Below are positions 38,933 through 47,759 of a DNA stretch of 64,000 nucleotides, in pieces. The notes under the pieces were generated by a model that was not told where the DNA came from, did not search any database, and worked only from the letters and a program-made list of their open reading frames with translations. Source of the stretch: a virus. Position numbers and translations under genes: made by a program. The DNA lies in IMG/VR virus record IMGVR_UViG_3300012665_000925, positions 32,001 to 96,000 of that record. One strand, given 5' to 3'. Each line of letters starts with the position of its first letter. Positions within the stretch are counted from its first letter, which is position 1.

Positions 38933-40182
38933 ACTAGGGTCACCCAGGAAGTGCCGTTGTAGGCTTTTATGCGTGGAAAAGCCGTAGAAGATACTGTCCC
39001 CGTGGTAGGCGTCGTGTTGAGGTCAGATACGTTTGGGTTGAAGTAGTTTTGATAAAAATAAATTGTCCAAGCACCAGAAGAGCCGCCCACTGAGTCCACG
39101 CCCCAGGTGCCATTAAAGCCCGCTGGGCTAGAGGTACCAGTAATTGTAACTGTGTCTCCAACAAACACGGGTTGAGCTACTGTGTTTACTTGTACAGAAG
39201 CAAAAGAGTCCAGTCCATAAACTTTTCCATTGGTAAATGCCGTAGCAGGCATTCTTGTTACTCTGATAGTTCTTGACCCACCAGCAGCATAGTAGATAGG
39301 TCGCCAAGTAGTTCCGTCCCAAATTCCACCGTTTAGTTTTGTTGCGGTAGACGCTGGGCTGTATGGCCCTGAACTATTGGCGTCTATATATACGCTGCCA
39401 TCGGTGGATGTGTAACTACCTGCACCAGTCGGGATTACAGCGTTCATGGCAGCTACATAGAATTGATAGGTCTCGCCTGGAACTAGACCTGTAATAGTTG
39501 CACTCGTAGCGTTCACGGCGGTCTCTGCTACGGCAATCGATGAGCCTCCACTAGCGCTTGTCCATTTCACCTTATATCTAAGGGTAGTTGCTGCGTACCC
39601 GCCTGGGTCCGATGGAGCAGACCAGCCGATGGTGACGCTAGTTGATGTTTTGCTAGTGATTGTTGGAGCTGCGGGGGCGTCTGGCAAGTAGTAATACTTG
39701 AGAACAAATCTAAGGTTACCTGGGTTATAGGTAGTAGCTACAGTGGTTGAAGTGTTGCTACCGCTATAGCTGCTGAATGAGCCAGTAGCAGTGTCTCGTT
39801 TAGATGCTAGAGATGCGCTTGCCCAGGTTCCTGCATAATAGGTAGTTCCGCCTGCAATTACAGCATTAATAGTTCCAGTGACTGAGGCGGTAGCACTAGA
39901 GACAGAGGCTGTTACACCATTTAGGGTCACTGTAGTTATGTCGAATAGCACACCTGCTGACTTCCACAAACCCATTCGAGCTGCGTTAGTGGTTCCAGAA
40001 GTTCCACCTACGGTCATGTTCACAGACTCGATTTTATAAAAAGCGATTCCCTGGTAGGGGTCAGTGTTTCCAGCAACTAAATCAGCAGATGAGAAGTTGT
40101 CAATCATCTTCAACCCAGAGGCGGAGCCAAAGGGTTGGTTAGTGGTACCACCGTTGGTAAATGTTTGTACGGTTGTTGCCAT
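38929..40182 (-). CDS. fibronectin type III domain virion protein
   Basis: PDAPAAP...VTIGWSAP..PGG...YKV...ITGLVPGETYQFYVAAMN. Ends YNGTSW. Confidence 0.75.
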   Translation of the reverse strand: MATTVQTFTNGGTTNQPFGSASGLKMIDNFSSADLVAGNTDPYQGIAFYKIESVNMTVGGTSGTTNAARMGLWKSAGVLFDITTVTLNGVTASVSSATASVTGTINAVIAGGTTYYAGTWASASLASKRDTATGSFSSYSGSNTSTTVATTYNPGNLRFVLKYYYLPDAPAAPTITSKTSTSVTIGWSAPSDPGGYAATTLRYKVKWTSASGGSSIAVAETAVNATSATITGLVPGETYQFYVAAMNAVIPTGAGSYTSTDGSVYIDANSSGPYSPASTATKLNGGIWDGTTWRPIYYAAGGSRTIRVTRMPATAFTNGKVYGLDSFASVQVNTVAQPVFVGDTVTITGTSSPAGFNGTWGVDSVGGSSGAWTIYFYQNYFNPNVSDLNTTPTTGTVSSTAFPRIKAYNGTSWVTLV

Positions 40183-41603
40183 TAGAAGCTAATCCAGATA
40201 TCCCCAGCAACTAGCGGTGAGTCAACTGGCGTCGTGTTTGATACATAAATTCTAGCCATATTATTTACGGTAGCTGTAGTTGGTGCGGTATTTCCAATAA
40301 TCGCGCCTCTAATTGCGTAGTTCGCTGCTAGGTTGGTGACTACAGTCGGGGATGAGATTGTCAATGGTGCAGTTCCAGAAGCAACAGTCGATGTGAGTGT
40401 GGATGAGCTAACGCTGGTCATACCAGAGATTGTTGTTGTAGCTGCTGCGCCAAGAGTTAGTGTTTGTGCTCCGAGTAGGACAGCTGTATTTGCCAACTTA
40501 GCATTAGCGATTGAGCCCGAAAGCATCGTGTTGGTTACAGACCCAGTATCGCCAGTGGTTACTACTGTGCCTGTGGTTGCTGGGAGAGTGACTACAGTTC
40601 CAGTTCCAGCAGTGGCACTAGCAAGAAGTTGAATTGTTCCAGAGGTAGACCCAGGGAAGGTAACGCTAGAGATTCCAGTAAGACCCTGGTTTGCCGAAGC
40701 TCGGTTTAGGGCGACTGCGGTAGTTCCTACATAGGCAGTCGAGTTTCCTAAGACGGTGCTGGTTAGAGTTCCAGTTACGTTAGCGCCTGGGATGTTTGTG
40801 AGTGATGCACCAGAACCAGAGAATGTGGCTGCAGCAATATCTCCTACCGCAGTAAACGCTCCTGTACCAGTAAGTGTTGCAGCAAGCGTTACGCCACCAT
40901 ACCATTTGAAACTGCCAGTTGTGTCGCTAGTAGTGTGCCAGAACTCGCCAGAGTTAATACCAACTGTATAGCCAGCAGAAGCTGCACCGATGTTGTCGTA
41001 GTAGATGGTTCTAACGCCACCACTGTATGAGTTAAATGTTGGGGCACCAGCACCCAAGCCAAATTTCTGCGAGACCAGAGTTGCTTGATTAGCAGCGAAG
41101 TTTCCAGAGGAGTCTCTTAGGACAAGAGTCGAGGCACCGTTGGCTGTCGCACCGTTTGTGGCAATCGCTACTGAGTCTGCGGATGAGTCACCAGTAATTG
41201 TGATACCAGTTCCAGCAGTAAGAGTTAGGGTGTCAGTAGATGAGTCAGCTACTGGACTGGTTCCAGATGGGGTTGAGATAGTAGCAAAAGAGTTTGAAGC
41301 CGAGCCACCACCACCGCCAACTAGGTTAGTAGATACCCCAGCACCACCACCAGTGATGTCAATGTAGTATCCACGGGCACTTCCGCCTTGCTCGAAGAAG
41401 CGGAGTTTATCTTGGAAGACGTCAATAGTTACACCGCCAGTTAGGGTGGTGTTAGTTACTGCTTTATTGAGGAAGATTTCTCCACCCTCATCGCCAGACG
41501 AGTTAGTGGAGCGTAGGTTTCCAGATGCCGTAATTGCCGAAGCAGAGGTTATGTCACCATTTACGGTTATTGGTACTTCAAATTCTTTAGGGTTTTGGGC
41601 CAT
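40182..41603 (-). CDS. putative fibre / virion structural protein
   Basis: Gly/Ser/Thr-rich. GDEGGEI, DTLTLTAGTGI, LRDSSGNF, C-terminal GDIWISF. Confidence 0.65.
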   Translation of the reverse strand: MAQNPKEFEVPITVNGDITSASAITASGNLRSTNSSGDEGGEIFLNKAVTNTTLTGGVTIDVFQDKLRFFEQGGSARGYYIDITGGGAGVSTNLVGGGGGSASNSFATISTPSGTSPVADSSTDTLTLTAGTGITITGDSSADSVAIATNGATANGASTLVLRDSSGNFAANQATLVSQKFGLGAGAPTFNSYSGGVRTIYYDNIGAASAGYTVGINSGEFWHTTSDTTGSFKWYGGVTLAATLTGTGAFTAVGDIAAATFSGSGASLTNIPGANVTGTLTSTVLGNSTAYVGTTAVALNRASANQGLTGISSVTFPGSTSGTIQLLASATAGTGTVVTLPATTGTVVTTGDTGSVTNTMLSGSIANAKLANTAVLLGAQTLTLGAAATTTISGMTSVSSSTLTSTVASGTAPLTISSPTVVTNLAANYAIRGAIIGNTAPTTATVNNMARIYVSNTTPVDSPLVAGDIWISF

Positions 41604-44500
41604 TATCCAATTATAGTGACACGGTAGGCGTCTGCGGCTACGTTAGACGCAGAGTTCCAACCTAAAGTCACATCTCCTGTCGTGTTGCTGATTTGAACGT
41701 CAACCTCAACATTGGAGTTAGTAGCTAGGTCGCGAACTTGGACGATGTAACCAACTGCTCCAGATGTAGCAGGTAGACCGTGAGTCGACTGTGGGATAGA
41801 CCAGGTTGCCTGACCGCTTGAGATGGTAATCGCAATGTTGTTGGCACTGTACTTACCAGTTGCTCCAAGAGAGGTGCGAGCTGCGGCTGCAGTTGTAGCA
41901 CCAGTACCACCAGCAGTTACTGGAAGTGTTCCAGTTGTTAGTGCTGAAGTAGAGGTTGCGTAGACAGCACCGCCAGAAGTGAAGCTGGTAAGACCAGTAC
42001 CACCCTGAGTGGTTGCCATGGTTCCAGTAATTACTGTGTTAGCAACTGCGGTAATCGCAACTGAGCCAGAGGTTACTGTGAACTGAGCTGATGGGAATAG
42101 CGCAATACCTGCAGCAATTGAAGTTGCTAGCGAGTGAGTAGTTGTGGCAATGCCAGTTACACGACCGTATGAGTCGGTGGTTAGACCAGAAACAAACGAA
42201 GTAGTTGCTGATGGAGTTGTGTTTGAGTAAGTGACTGTTGCAAGGTCGATGTTGTCAGCGTTAACAACGATGCGAGCTGTGCTTGCAGTACCGACATCGA
42301 ATGCCGAACCGTTAGCAACAAGACCTGCACCAGCAGTTGTTCCAGTTGCACCAGAGAACTGAGTCCAAGAAATAGCGTCGGTACCAATCTTGATACCGTT
42401 GACTGGGGCAGTGGATGTACCTTGTAGAGTTTGGACCCACTGAGTTCCAGCGTTGGTTGTACCAGAGATAACATATACCAAGTCACCAGCTACAAGGTCT
42501 CCAGCGTGAGAGTTGTCAGAGTCTAGAGAACGGGTAAGAATACCAGCTACGCCAGTTTCTGGAGCAGTAGATACGTAGTAAAGACCGTTAACGATAGAAG
42601 ATGTACCTGCAGCTGCGGTAACACCGTTCTTAACAAGAACTCGGTCACCGAGAGCCAAGTTAGTCGCACTGTCAATTGTTTTGAAGCCAGTGGTCGAGAA
42701 GGTGATTGTTGCACCAACACCAGTACCGCCATCTGCACCTGTTGTACCAGCTGCGTAAACAGCTGCAAGAGTTGTGGTTGTTGCATACTTAACAGCGTCG
42801 TGAGCGTTTACACCCTGAGCCATGTTGTCAACGTATGCCTTGTTAGCAGCGTCAGTGGCGTTTACAGGGGTAGGAACTGTAACTGTTCCAGTGAAGGTAG
42901 CGTTGTTAGCTGAAACTGTTCCAGTAAGGGTCGGGCTTCCAGCGAATACAAGAGCTCCAGTACCAGTCTCGTCTGAGATGATACCTGCAAGTTCAGATGA
43001 CGAGGTAGCAGCAAGAACGTTTAGCTTGTCGGTTGTTACAACAAGTGTCTTGCTGGTTGGAATTGTGGTCGAGTTGATGGTAGTGATACCAGCAAGAGTG
43101 GTTGAGCTTGAGCCCAAGGCAATTGCAGTGGTACCAACGGTTACTGAGGTGTTAGCAAGTTTTGCGTTAGCAATCGAGCCAGCAAGCATTGTGTTGGTAA
43201 CTGTAGCTGAATCAGCAGAAGTAATAAGAGTGCTTGTACCAGCTGGGACAGTAACAGTTCCAGAAGCTGCGGCTGCAGTTACAAGAGTTGTAGTTCCAGA
43301 TGAAGAACCTGCGATAGTAAGACCAGCAGAGCCGATGGCTGGGCTGACTAGTGATAGACCAGAGACGCTAGTTGTGGTTGCACCAAGAGTAAGTGTGCTA
43401 GAACCAAGAGTTACCGTGCTGTTAGCCAACTTGGCATTCGCAATCGAACCAGCAAGCATGGTGCTAGTTACGGTTCCTGTATCACCAGTGGTTACAACCG
43501 TACCTGTAACTGCAGGTAGGGTAACGGTAGTTGTACCAGCGGCAGCTGATGCCTTAAGAACAGTTGTTCCAGAAGTAGAGCCGTTGAATGTGGCACCAGT
43601 TCCACCGACTGTTGGGAGGGTAAGTGTTACACCAGCGAAGGTAGTTACTGTAGAACCAAGAGATACTGATGTGGAACCAATCACTACAGCTGAGTTTGAA
43701 AGCTTTGCGTTGGCGATAGAGCCAGCAAGCATCGTATTAGTTACAGTTGCGGAGTCGGCAGAAGTGATTAGTGTGCTAGTTCCCGCTGGAATTGTTACTG
43801 TACCTGAAGCAGTAGCCGAAGTGACTACTGTTGTGTTGCCAGAGGATGAGCCAGCAATTGTAAGACCAGCAGAACCAACTGCAGGAGTTGTAAGAATTGG
43901 CGATGTAAGAGTTACACCAGCAAAAGTAGCGACAGTTGAGCCCAGTGAGACAGAAGTTGAACCAATTGTTACTGCTGAATTAGAGAGCTTAGCGTTAGCG
44001 ATTGACCCAGCAAGCATGGTGTTGGTGACGGTCCCAGTGTCGCCAGTAGTGATTACTGTACCTGTAATGGCTGGAAGAGTAATTGTGGTTGTACCAGCAG
44101 TAGCACTTGCTACAACGGTGGTTGTACCAGAAGTAGAACCACTGAATGCCGCACCAGTTCCGCCAATTGTTGGCAACGATAGCGTTAGACCAGAAACGCT
44201 AGTAGTGGTTGAGCCAAGGGTTAGGGTGCTAGAACCAAGAGTGATTGTTGAGTTAGCTAGCTTTGCGTTGGCAATGGCCGCGCCTGATGCAATATCGGCA
44301 TTGACGATTCCACCAGAGATTAGTACCTTGTCCCAGGCGGTGCCGTCATATATGTAAAGCACGTTAGCGGTGCTATCGAAGTAGACTTGACCCTTAACAG
44401 GTGAAGACGGTGCAGTGCCCGAGTTCTCGATTACTGCCTGTCTAATCTCGTTCTTGTTGAGATTGATAGGAACTAAGAAGCTCTTTGCATTTATAGCCAT
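41603..44500 (-). CDS. long fibre protein with internal repeats
   Basis: APSSPVKGQVYFD, repeated TNTMLAGSIANAKL, DAANKAYVD, GDRVLVKN, GGTG shaft repeats. Confidence 0.75.
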   Translation of the reverse strand: MAINAKSFLVPINLNKNEIRQAVIENSGTAPSSPVKGQVYFDSTANVLYIYDGTAWDKVLISGGIVNADIASGAAIANAKLANSTITLGSSTLTLGSTTTSVSGLTLSLPTIGGTGAAFSGSTSGTTTVVASATAGTTTITLPAITGTVITTGDTGTVTNTMLAGSIANAKLSNSAVTIGSTSVSLGSTVATFAGVTLTSPILTTPAVGSAGLTIAGSSSGNTTVVTSATASGTVTIPAGTSTLITSADSATVTNTMLAGSIANAKLSNSAVVIGSTSVSLGSTVTTFAGVTLTLPTVGGTGATFNGSTSGTTVLKASAAAGTTTVTLPAVTGTVVTTGDTGTVTSTMLAGSIANAKLANSTVTLGSSTLTLGATTTSVSGLSLVSPAIGSAGLTIAGSSSGTTTLVTAAAASGTVTVPAGTSTLITSADSATVTNTMLAGSIANAKLANTSVTVGTTAIALGSSSTTLAGITTINSTTIPTSKTLVVTTDKLNVLAATSSSELAGIISDETGTGALVFAGSPTLTGTVSANNATFTGTVTVPTPVNATDAANKAYVDNMAQGVNAHDAVKYATTTTLAAVYAAGTTGADGGTGVGATITFSTTGFKTIDSATNLALGDRVLVKNGVTAAAGTSSIVNGLYYVSTAPETGVAGILTRSLDSDNSHAGDLVAGDLVYVISGTTNAGTQWVQTLQGTSTAPVNGIKIGTDAISWTQFSGATGTTAGAGLVANGSAFDVGTASTARIVVNADNIDLATVTYSNTTPSATTSFVSGLTTDSYGRVTGIATTTHSLATSIAAGIALFPSAQFTVTSGSVAITAVANTVITGTMATTQGGTGLTSFTSGGAVYATSTSALTTGTLPVTAGGTGATTAAAARTSLGATGKYSANNIAITISSGQATWSIPQSTHGLPATSGAVGYIVQVRDLATNSNVEVDVQISNTTGDVTLGWNSASNVAADAYRVTIIG
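43140..44280 (-). repeat. about four 270-285 bp tandem coding repeats in ABAB order
   Basis: CCAGCAAGCAT core recurs near 43180, 43450, 43725 and 44010. Units alternate TTGDTGTVT and TSADSATVT. Confidence 0.8.
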
Positions 44501-44517
44501 TATATATTATCCTTGGT

Positions 44518-44946
44518 CTAGGAGAGGTATGCGTAACCAGAGAGGGCGTTGGAGAATTCTATGGTTAAAGTGTTATTATTATTATACGTTATGTAGCCTT
44601 CAATGACATTTCCGTAGTTGTCTTTGACGGTCACATTTGGGTTGAATCCCAGGTTGTGGACTACTTCCCAGGTTGCGGATGTTGAAGTTTGCCCGTGGGT
44701 GTAGTTAATCTTTTGATTATCTGTCCAGGCGGTGTCGAAATTAGTAGAAGAACCCTTTACTAAAATCTGACCAGTAGTACCACCCGTGGCTACTCCTGCG
44801 CCTGCAGTTCCTGCTGGACCCTGTGGACCAGTTACTACTGTGGTTACAACTACGTCCCAGACTGAGCCAGTCCATTTCCAGGTGCGCTCGCCGACCGTAA
44901 ACGTCTCGTTTACTTGGGGGGAGTTTGGAAAATCAATTGCTGTCAT
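44518..44946 (-). CDS. short fibre / collagen-motif protein
   Basis: IDFPNSP...WKWTGSVW, GPQGPAG, GGTTGQILVK, WEVVHNLG..PNV. Confidence 0.7.
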   Translation of the reverse strand: MTAIDFPNSPQVNETFTVGERTWKWTGSVWDVVVTTVVTGPQGPAGTAGAGVATGGTTGQILVKGSSTNFDTAWTDNQKINYTHGQTSTSATWEVVHNLGFNPNVTVKDNYGNVIEGYITYNNNNTLTIEFSNALSGYAYLS

Positions 44947-45998
44947 TATGGTACCTCGTATGTTCCTGATAGGTAAAAGTAGTCTGCGGTCTGAACCGTA
45001 AGTGGGGTGTTGTGGTCAAATGCGACATCTTTAGCACTTGAGCCTGGGTGCCACAAAGTTATTGTTGTAGTTCCACTTTCAGCATCTGCGGCTATTGCGT
45101 GATGATTTCCAGTAGATGCATCGTGGAATCCGCCATCTCTAAAAACATAATCTGCTACTGGTGCAAATGGCAAAGTTAAAGAGTATTGACCAGTCCCAAA
45201 ATTTGTGACATTTGTGCAAGCAACATTTATTCTGAAATGAACAAGTTTTCCAATTTTGATGTATTTTCCAGTTGCTGGAGTTCCAGTATAAGTTAGTCCA
45301 GTCCCAGACCATACTGGAGAGTATGATTCAGAAGTTGGATTTAGAGCAGGTCCTGGTTCACCTTGTGCCCCAGTTGCTCCAGTGTCACCAACAAGAGACG
45401 CCAACCATGCTGCTTCGGTGCCAACAAATCCGTTAGCTACAGCAATTTCGTATGCCGAGTCACCATCCGTACCATTTGTTCCGTTGGTTCCGTTTGTTCC
45501 GTTTGTTCCAGCGGCACCAGTTGCTCCCGTTGCGCCAGTTGCTCCCGTAGCACCTGTAGGGATAGTGAAGTTCAAAGTCTGAGACGGTGGAGTTCCTGAA
45601 ATAGTAACGCTTGCTGCTGAGCCAGGGCTTCCAGTAGTTGTGTTGCCGATACTCAGCGCAGTAGCTGGACCTATATAAGAAGTAGAGGTCTCAACCCAGT
45701 AGCCGTCGTATCGCAGATACATCTGCGCTGTAGATGAGCGGAACCATGTATCTCCGACTTGTGGGTTTAATGGTGCGGTTTCAGAAACCGTATAAGTTCC
45801 TTTTGGCCCTTGTGCTCCAGTTGCACCCGTGGCACCTGCTGGTCCAGTGGCTCCAGCGGCTCCTGCAGGTCCCGCGGCTCCCTGAGGACCGCCAATACTA
45901 ACCTCAACGTGGACAGCTTGCTCTTCAACAATAATCTTGTTGGCATCGTATTGGTCTACATAGACCCTATTTGGTAGGTCATTTTGCTCAATTGCCAC
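44946..45998 (-). CDS. collagen-like fibre protein
   Basis: G-X-Y repeats (GATGATG, GTNGTNG), SAYEIAVANGF.GTEAAWLASL, C-terminal GKLVHFRI...SGTYE head. Confidence 0.8.
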   Translation of the reverse strand: MAIEQNDLPNRVYVDQYDANKIIVEEQAVHVEVSIGGPQGAAGPAGAAGATGPAGATGATGAQGPKGTYTVSETAPLNPQVGDTWFRSSTAQMYLRYDGYWVETSTSYIGPATALSIGNTTTGSPGSAASVTISGTPPSQTLNFTIPTGATGATGATGATGAAGTNGTNGTNGTNGTDGDSAYEIAVANGFVGTEAAWLASLVGDTGATGAQGEPGPALNPTSESYSPVWSGTGLTYTGTPATGKYIKIGKLVHFRINVACTNVTNFGTGQYSLTLPFAPVADYVFRDGGFHDASTGNHHAIAADAESGTTTITLWHPGSSAKDVAFDHNTPLTVQTADYFYLSGTYEVP

Positions 45999-46378
45999 TA
46001 GCGAGTCACCTCAGCTTTGACAACGAAGTTACCTTCGATGATACTGTGCACCTCAGTCCCGCCTGTCGCGACTAGTTCTAAGTCGTAAACATACTGCCCT
46101 GCAGCAACATTGGACATAGTATTAGCGTCGATTAGTAGGGTGATTTGTCCTTTGGTATCGGCTGAACCGTCTGCTCCTAGAGTGATTCGGCCATTAGCAG
46201 TGGTGAGTGAGATGGTTACGGTGTCTGAAGTTACGTTTGGGCGGACCTGCATTCTTGCAGTCCACGTTCCAATAGCGATGGGGGCCTTTGCAGAGTCTGT
46301 CCAGGTGATGGTACGCGAAAACGTACTGCCCTGTTTAGCAGTAATATTGTAGATTCCAGCAGGTGCGCAGCAGCTCAT
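45998..46378 (-). CDS. virion beta-sandwich protein (BppU/LtfC-like)
   Basis: YNITAKQGSTF, ARMQVR, YVYDLEL, IEGNFVVKAEVTR. Start moved to MSCCAP. Confidence 0.7.
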   Translation of the reverse strand: MSCCAPAGIYNITAKQGSTFSRTITWTDSAKAPIAIGTWTARMQVRPNVTSDTVTISLTTANGRITLGADGSADTKGQITLLIDANTMSNVAAGQYVYDLELVATGGTEVHSIIEGNFVVKAEVTR

Positions 46379-46484
46379 GTTGCCTCGATTCGGAGAGAAA
46401 TTAAAGTCTATTCTTAGTTTACACCACTTATCGCTAGACAATACGGGCAATAGTCCGATAGACTAACAGAATGGAGAGATTTTA

Positions 46485-47453
46485 ATGGCTAAAAGTATGA
46501 GATTTGAGTACCCATATCTGGAGGATTTTGGGGCTAGATTAGTGCATCTTATGGACCGCCCTGAACCAGAAGTGAAAGAGTGGACTGCACTAAACCCATC
46601 TGTGGGTTATTCTGAGGAAGACGGGCATATCTGCCTGATTCGCTCTAGTAATTACAAAATTAACCCGACGACCCGTGAGTTCGAGATTCTCACTTCTGGA
46701 GACATTAGAACACATACGTGGGTATGTAGCCTAGACAGCGAGACCTGGAAAGTCAGTAATCTTCGTGAAATCAAGATTGTTGGCGGCCCTGCCGTTCCCC
46801 GAGGAATCGAAGATGCTAGATTATTCCGTCGTGATGGCGTTTGGTACATGCACGGCGTAATGCTTGAGCGTGCTCACACTGTCCCTGCCCGCCTTGCGGT
46901 GTATCGACTAGACCTAAAAACTAACGAGGCACACTTCATTGAAAAAATGGAGGGACCTAACGTTGACCGCCCAGAAAAGAACTGGATGACTACGTTCAAT
47001 GAGGCTAGTCCTAATTTTGAATATGTTTACAGTCCTACTGGTATTTTGAAGGATGGCCTATTTATTAGTAGACCTAACTCAAATGAGGAGATTGCTCAGA
47101 TTAGAGGCGGTAGCTCACTTTTGGAGCTAGATGGCGGTGGCTACATTGCCATTACCCACACTGTCTACGATAAAAAAGAGCAGTTCTCGGAAGATGGCTA
47201 CATCAAACAGCGTGTTTTCCGTAGCTACACTCATCAGTTTGTTCGATATGACAACTATGCCAAAATCATTGAAGTCAGCCCTGAGTTTTTGTTTGAGGGT
47301 TACCCAGTTGAGTTCGCCGCTGGTATTGCAGATGCAGGGGATAACTTTGTTATCTCTTACGGTATTGAAGACTCCAGTGCAAATCTTGCAGTTATTCCAA
47401 AGAAAAACGTTATGGATATGTTCTACCCTGCCGATGAGGTAGAAGACTGGTAG
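46485..47453 (+). CDS. five-bladed beta-propeller glycoside hydrolase/phosphorylase-like (GH130-like)
   Basis: NPSV, GIEDARLF, EKNW, RGGS, VEFAAG, ISYG. Confidence 0.65.
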   Translation: MAKSMRFEYPYLEDFGARLVHLMDRPEPEVKEWTALNPSVGYSEEDGHICLIRSSNYKINPTTREFEILTSGDIRTHTWVCSLDSETWKVSNLREIKIVGGPAVPRGIEDARLFRRDGVWYMHGVMLERAHTVPARLAVYRLDLKTNEAHFIEKMEGPNVDRPEKNWMTTFNEASPNFEYVYSPTGILKDGLFISRPNSNEEIAQIRGGSSLLELDGGGYIAITHTVYDKKEQFSEDGYIKQRVFRSYTHQFVRYDNYAKIIEVSPEFLFEGYPVEFAAGIADAGDNFVISYGIEDSSANLAVIPKKNVMDMFYPADEVEDW

Positions 47454-47455
47454 CC

Positions 47456-47686
47456 ATGGCTGATAGCGACTTATTAGAACTAACTGACCTAGATTTAGAC
47501 GAGGATAATGAAGAACGTTTAGCTCATTACGCCGAATCCTCTGAGGTTACAGAGGGGTATATTATGGGAACACCCGTAATAGCCCTGTGTGGGAAAGTCT
47601 TCGTGCCCTCTAGAGACCCCGAAAAACTAAGGGTTTGCCCGATTTGCAAAAAAATTGTAGAGGCACTATTCTTGAATCACGAGTAA
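47456..47686 (+). CDS. DUF3039 family protein
   Basis: HYA...GTPVIALCGKVFVPSRDP...VCPICK. Confidence 0.85.
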   Translation: MADSDLLELTDLDLDEDNEERLAHYAESSEVTEGYIMGTPVIALCGKVFVPSRDPEKLRVCPICKKIVEALFLNHE

Positions 47687-47759
47687 TACTCCCCCTTTCT
47701 GGGAGGATGTATACTTGTAAAACAACAATAACTCCCTAAAGAAAGCGGTAACGCAGCAT

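Noticed and set aside
42822-44357. 511-aa plus-strand ORF
   Set aside because: Antisense shadow of the Thr/Ser/Gly-rich fibre gene. Its V/P/A/E composition follows from the sense codons and it has no RBS.
47687-47759. Cobalamin riboswitch upstream of nrdJ
   Set aside because: The gap is only ~70 nt and has no B12-box or GGGAA...GCCACTG elements. It contains a TATACT promoter element.
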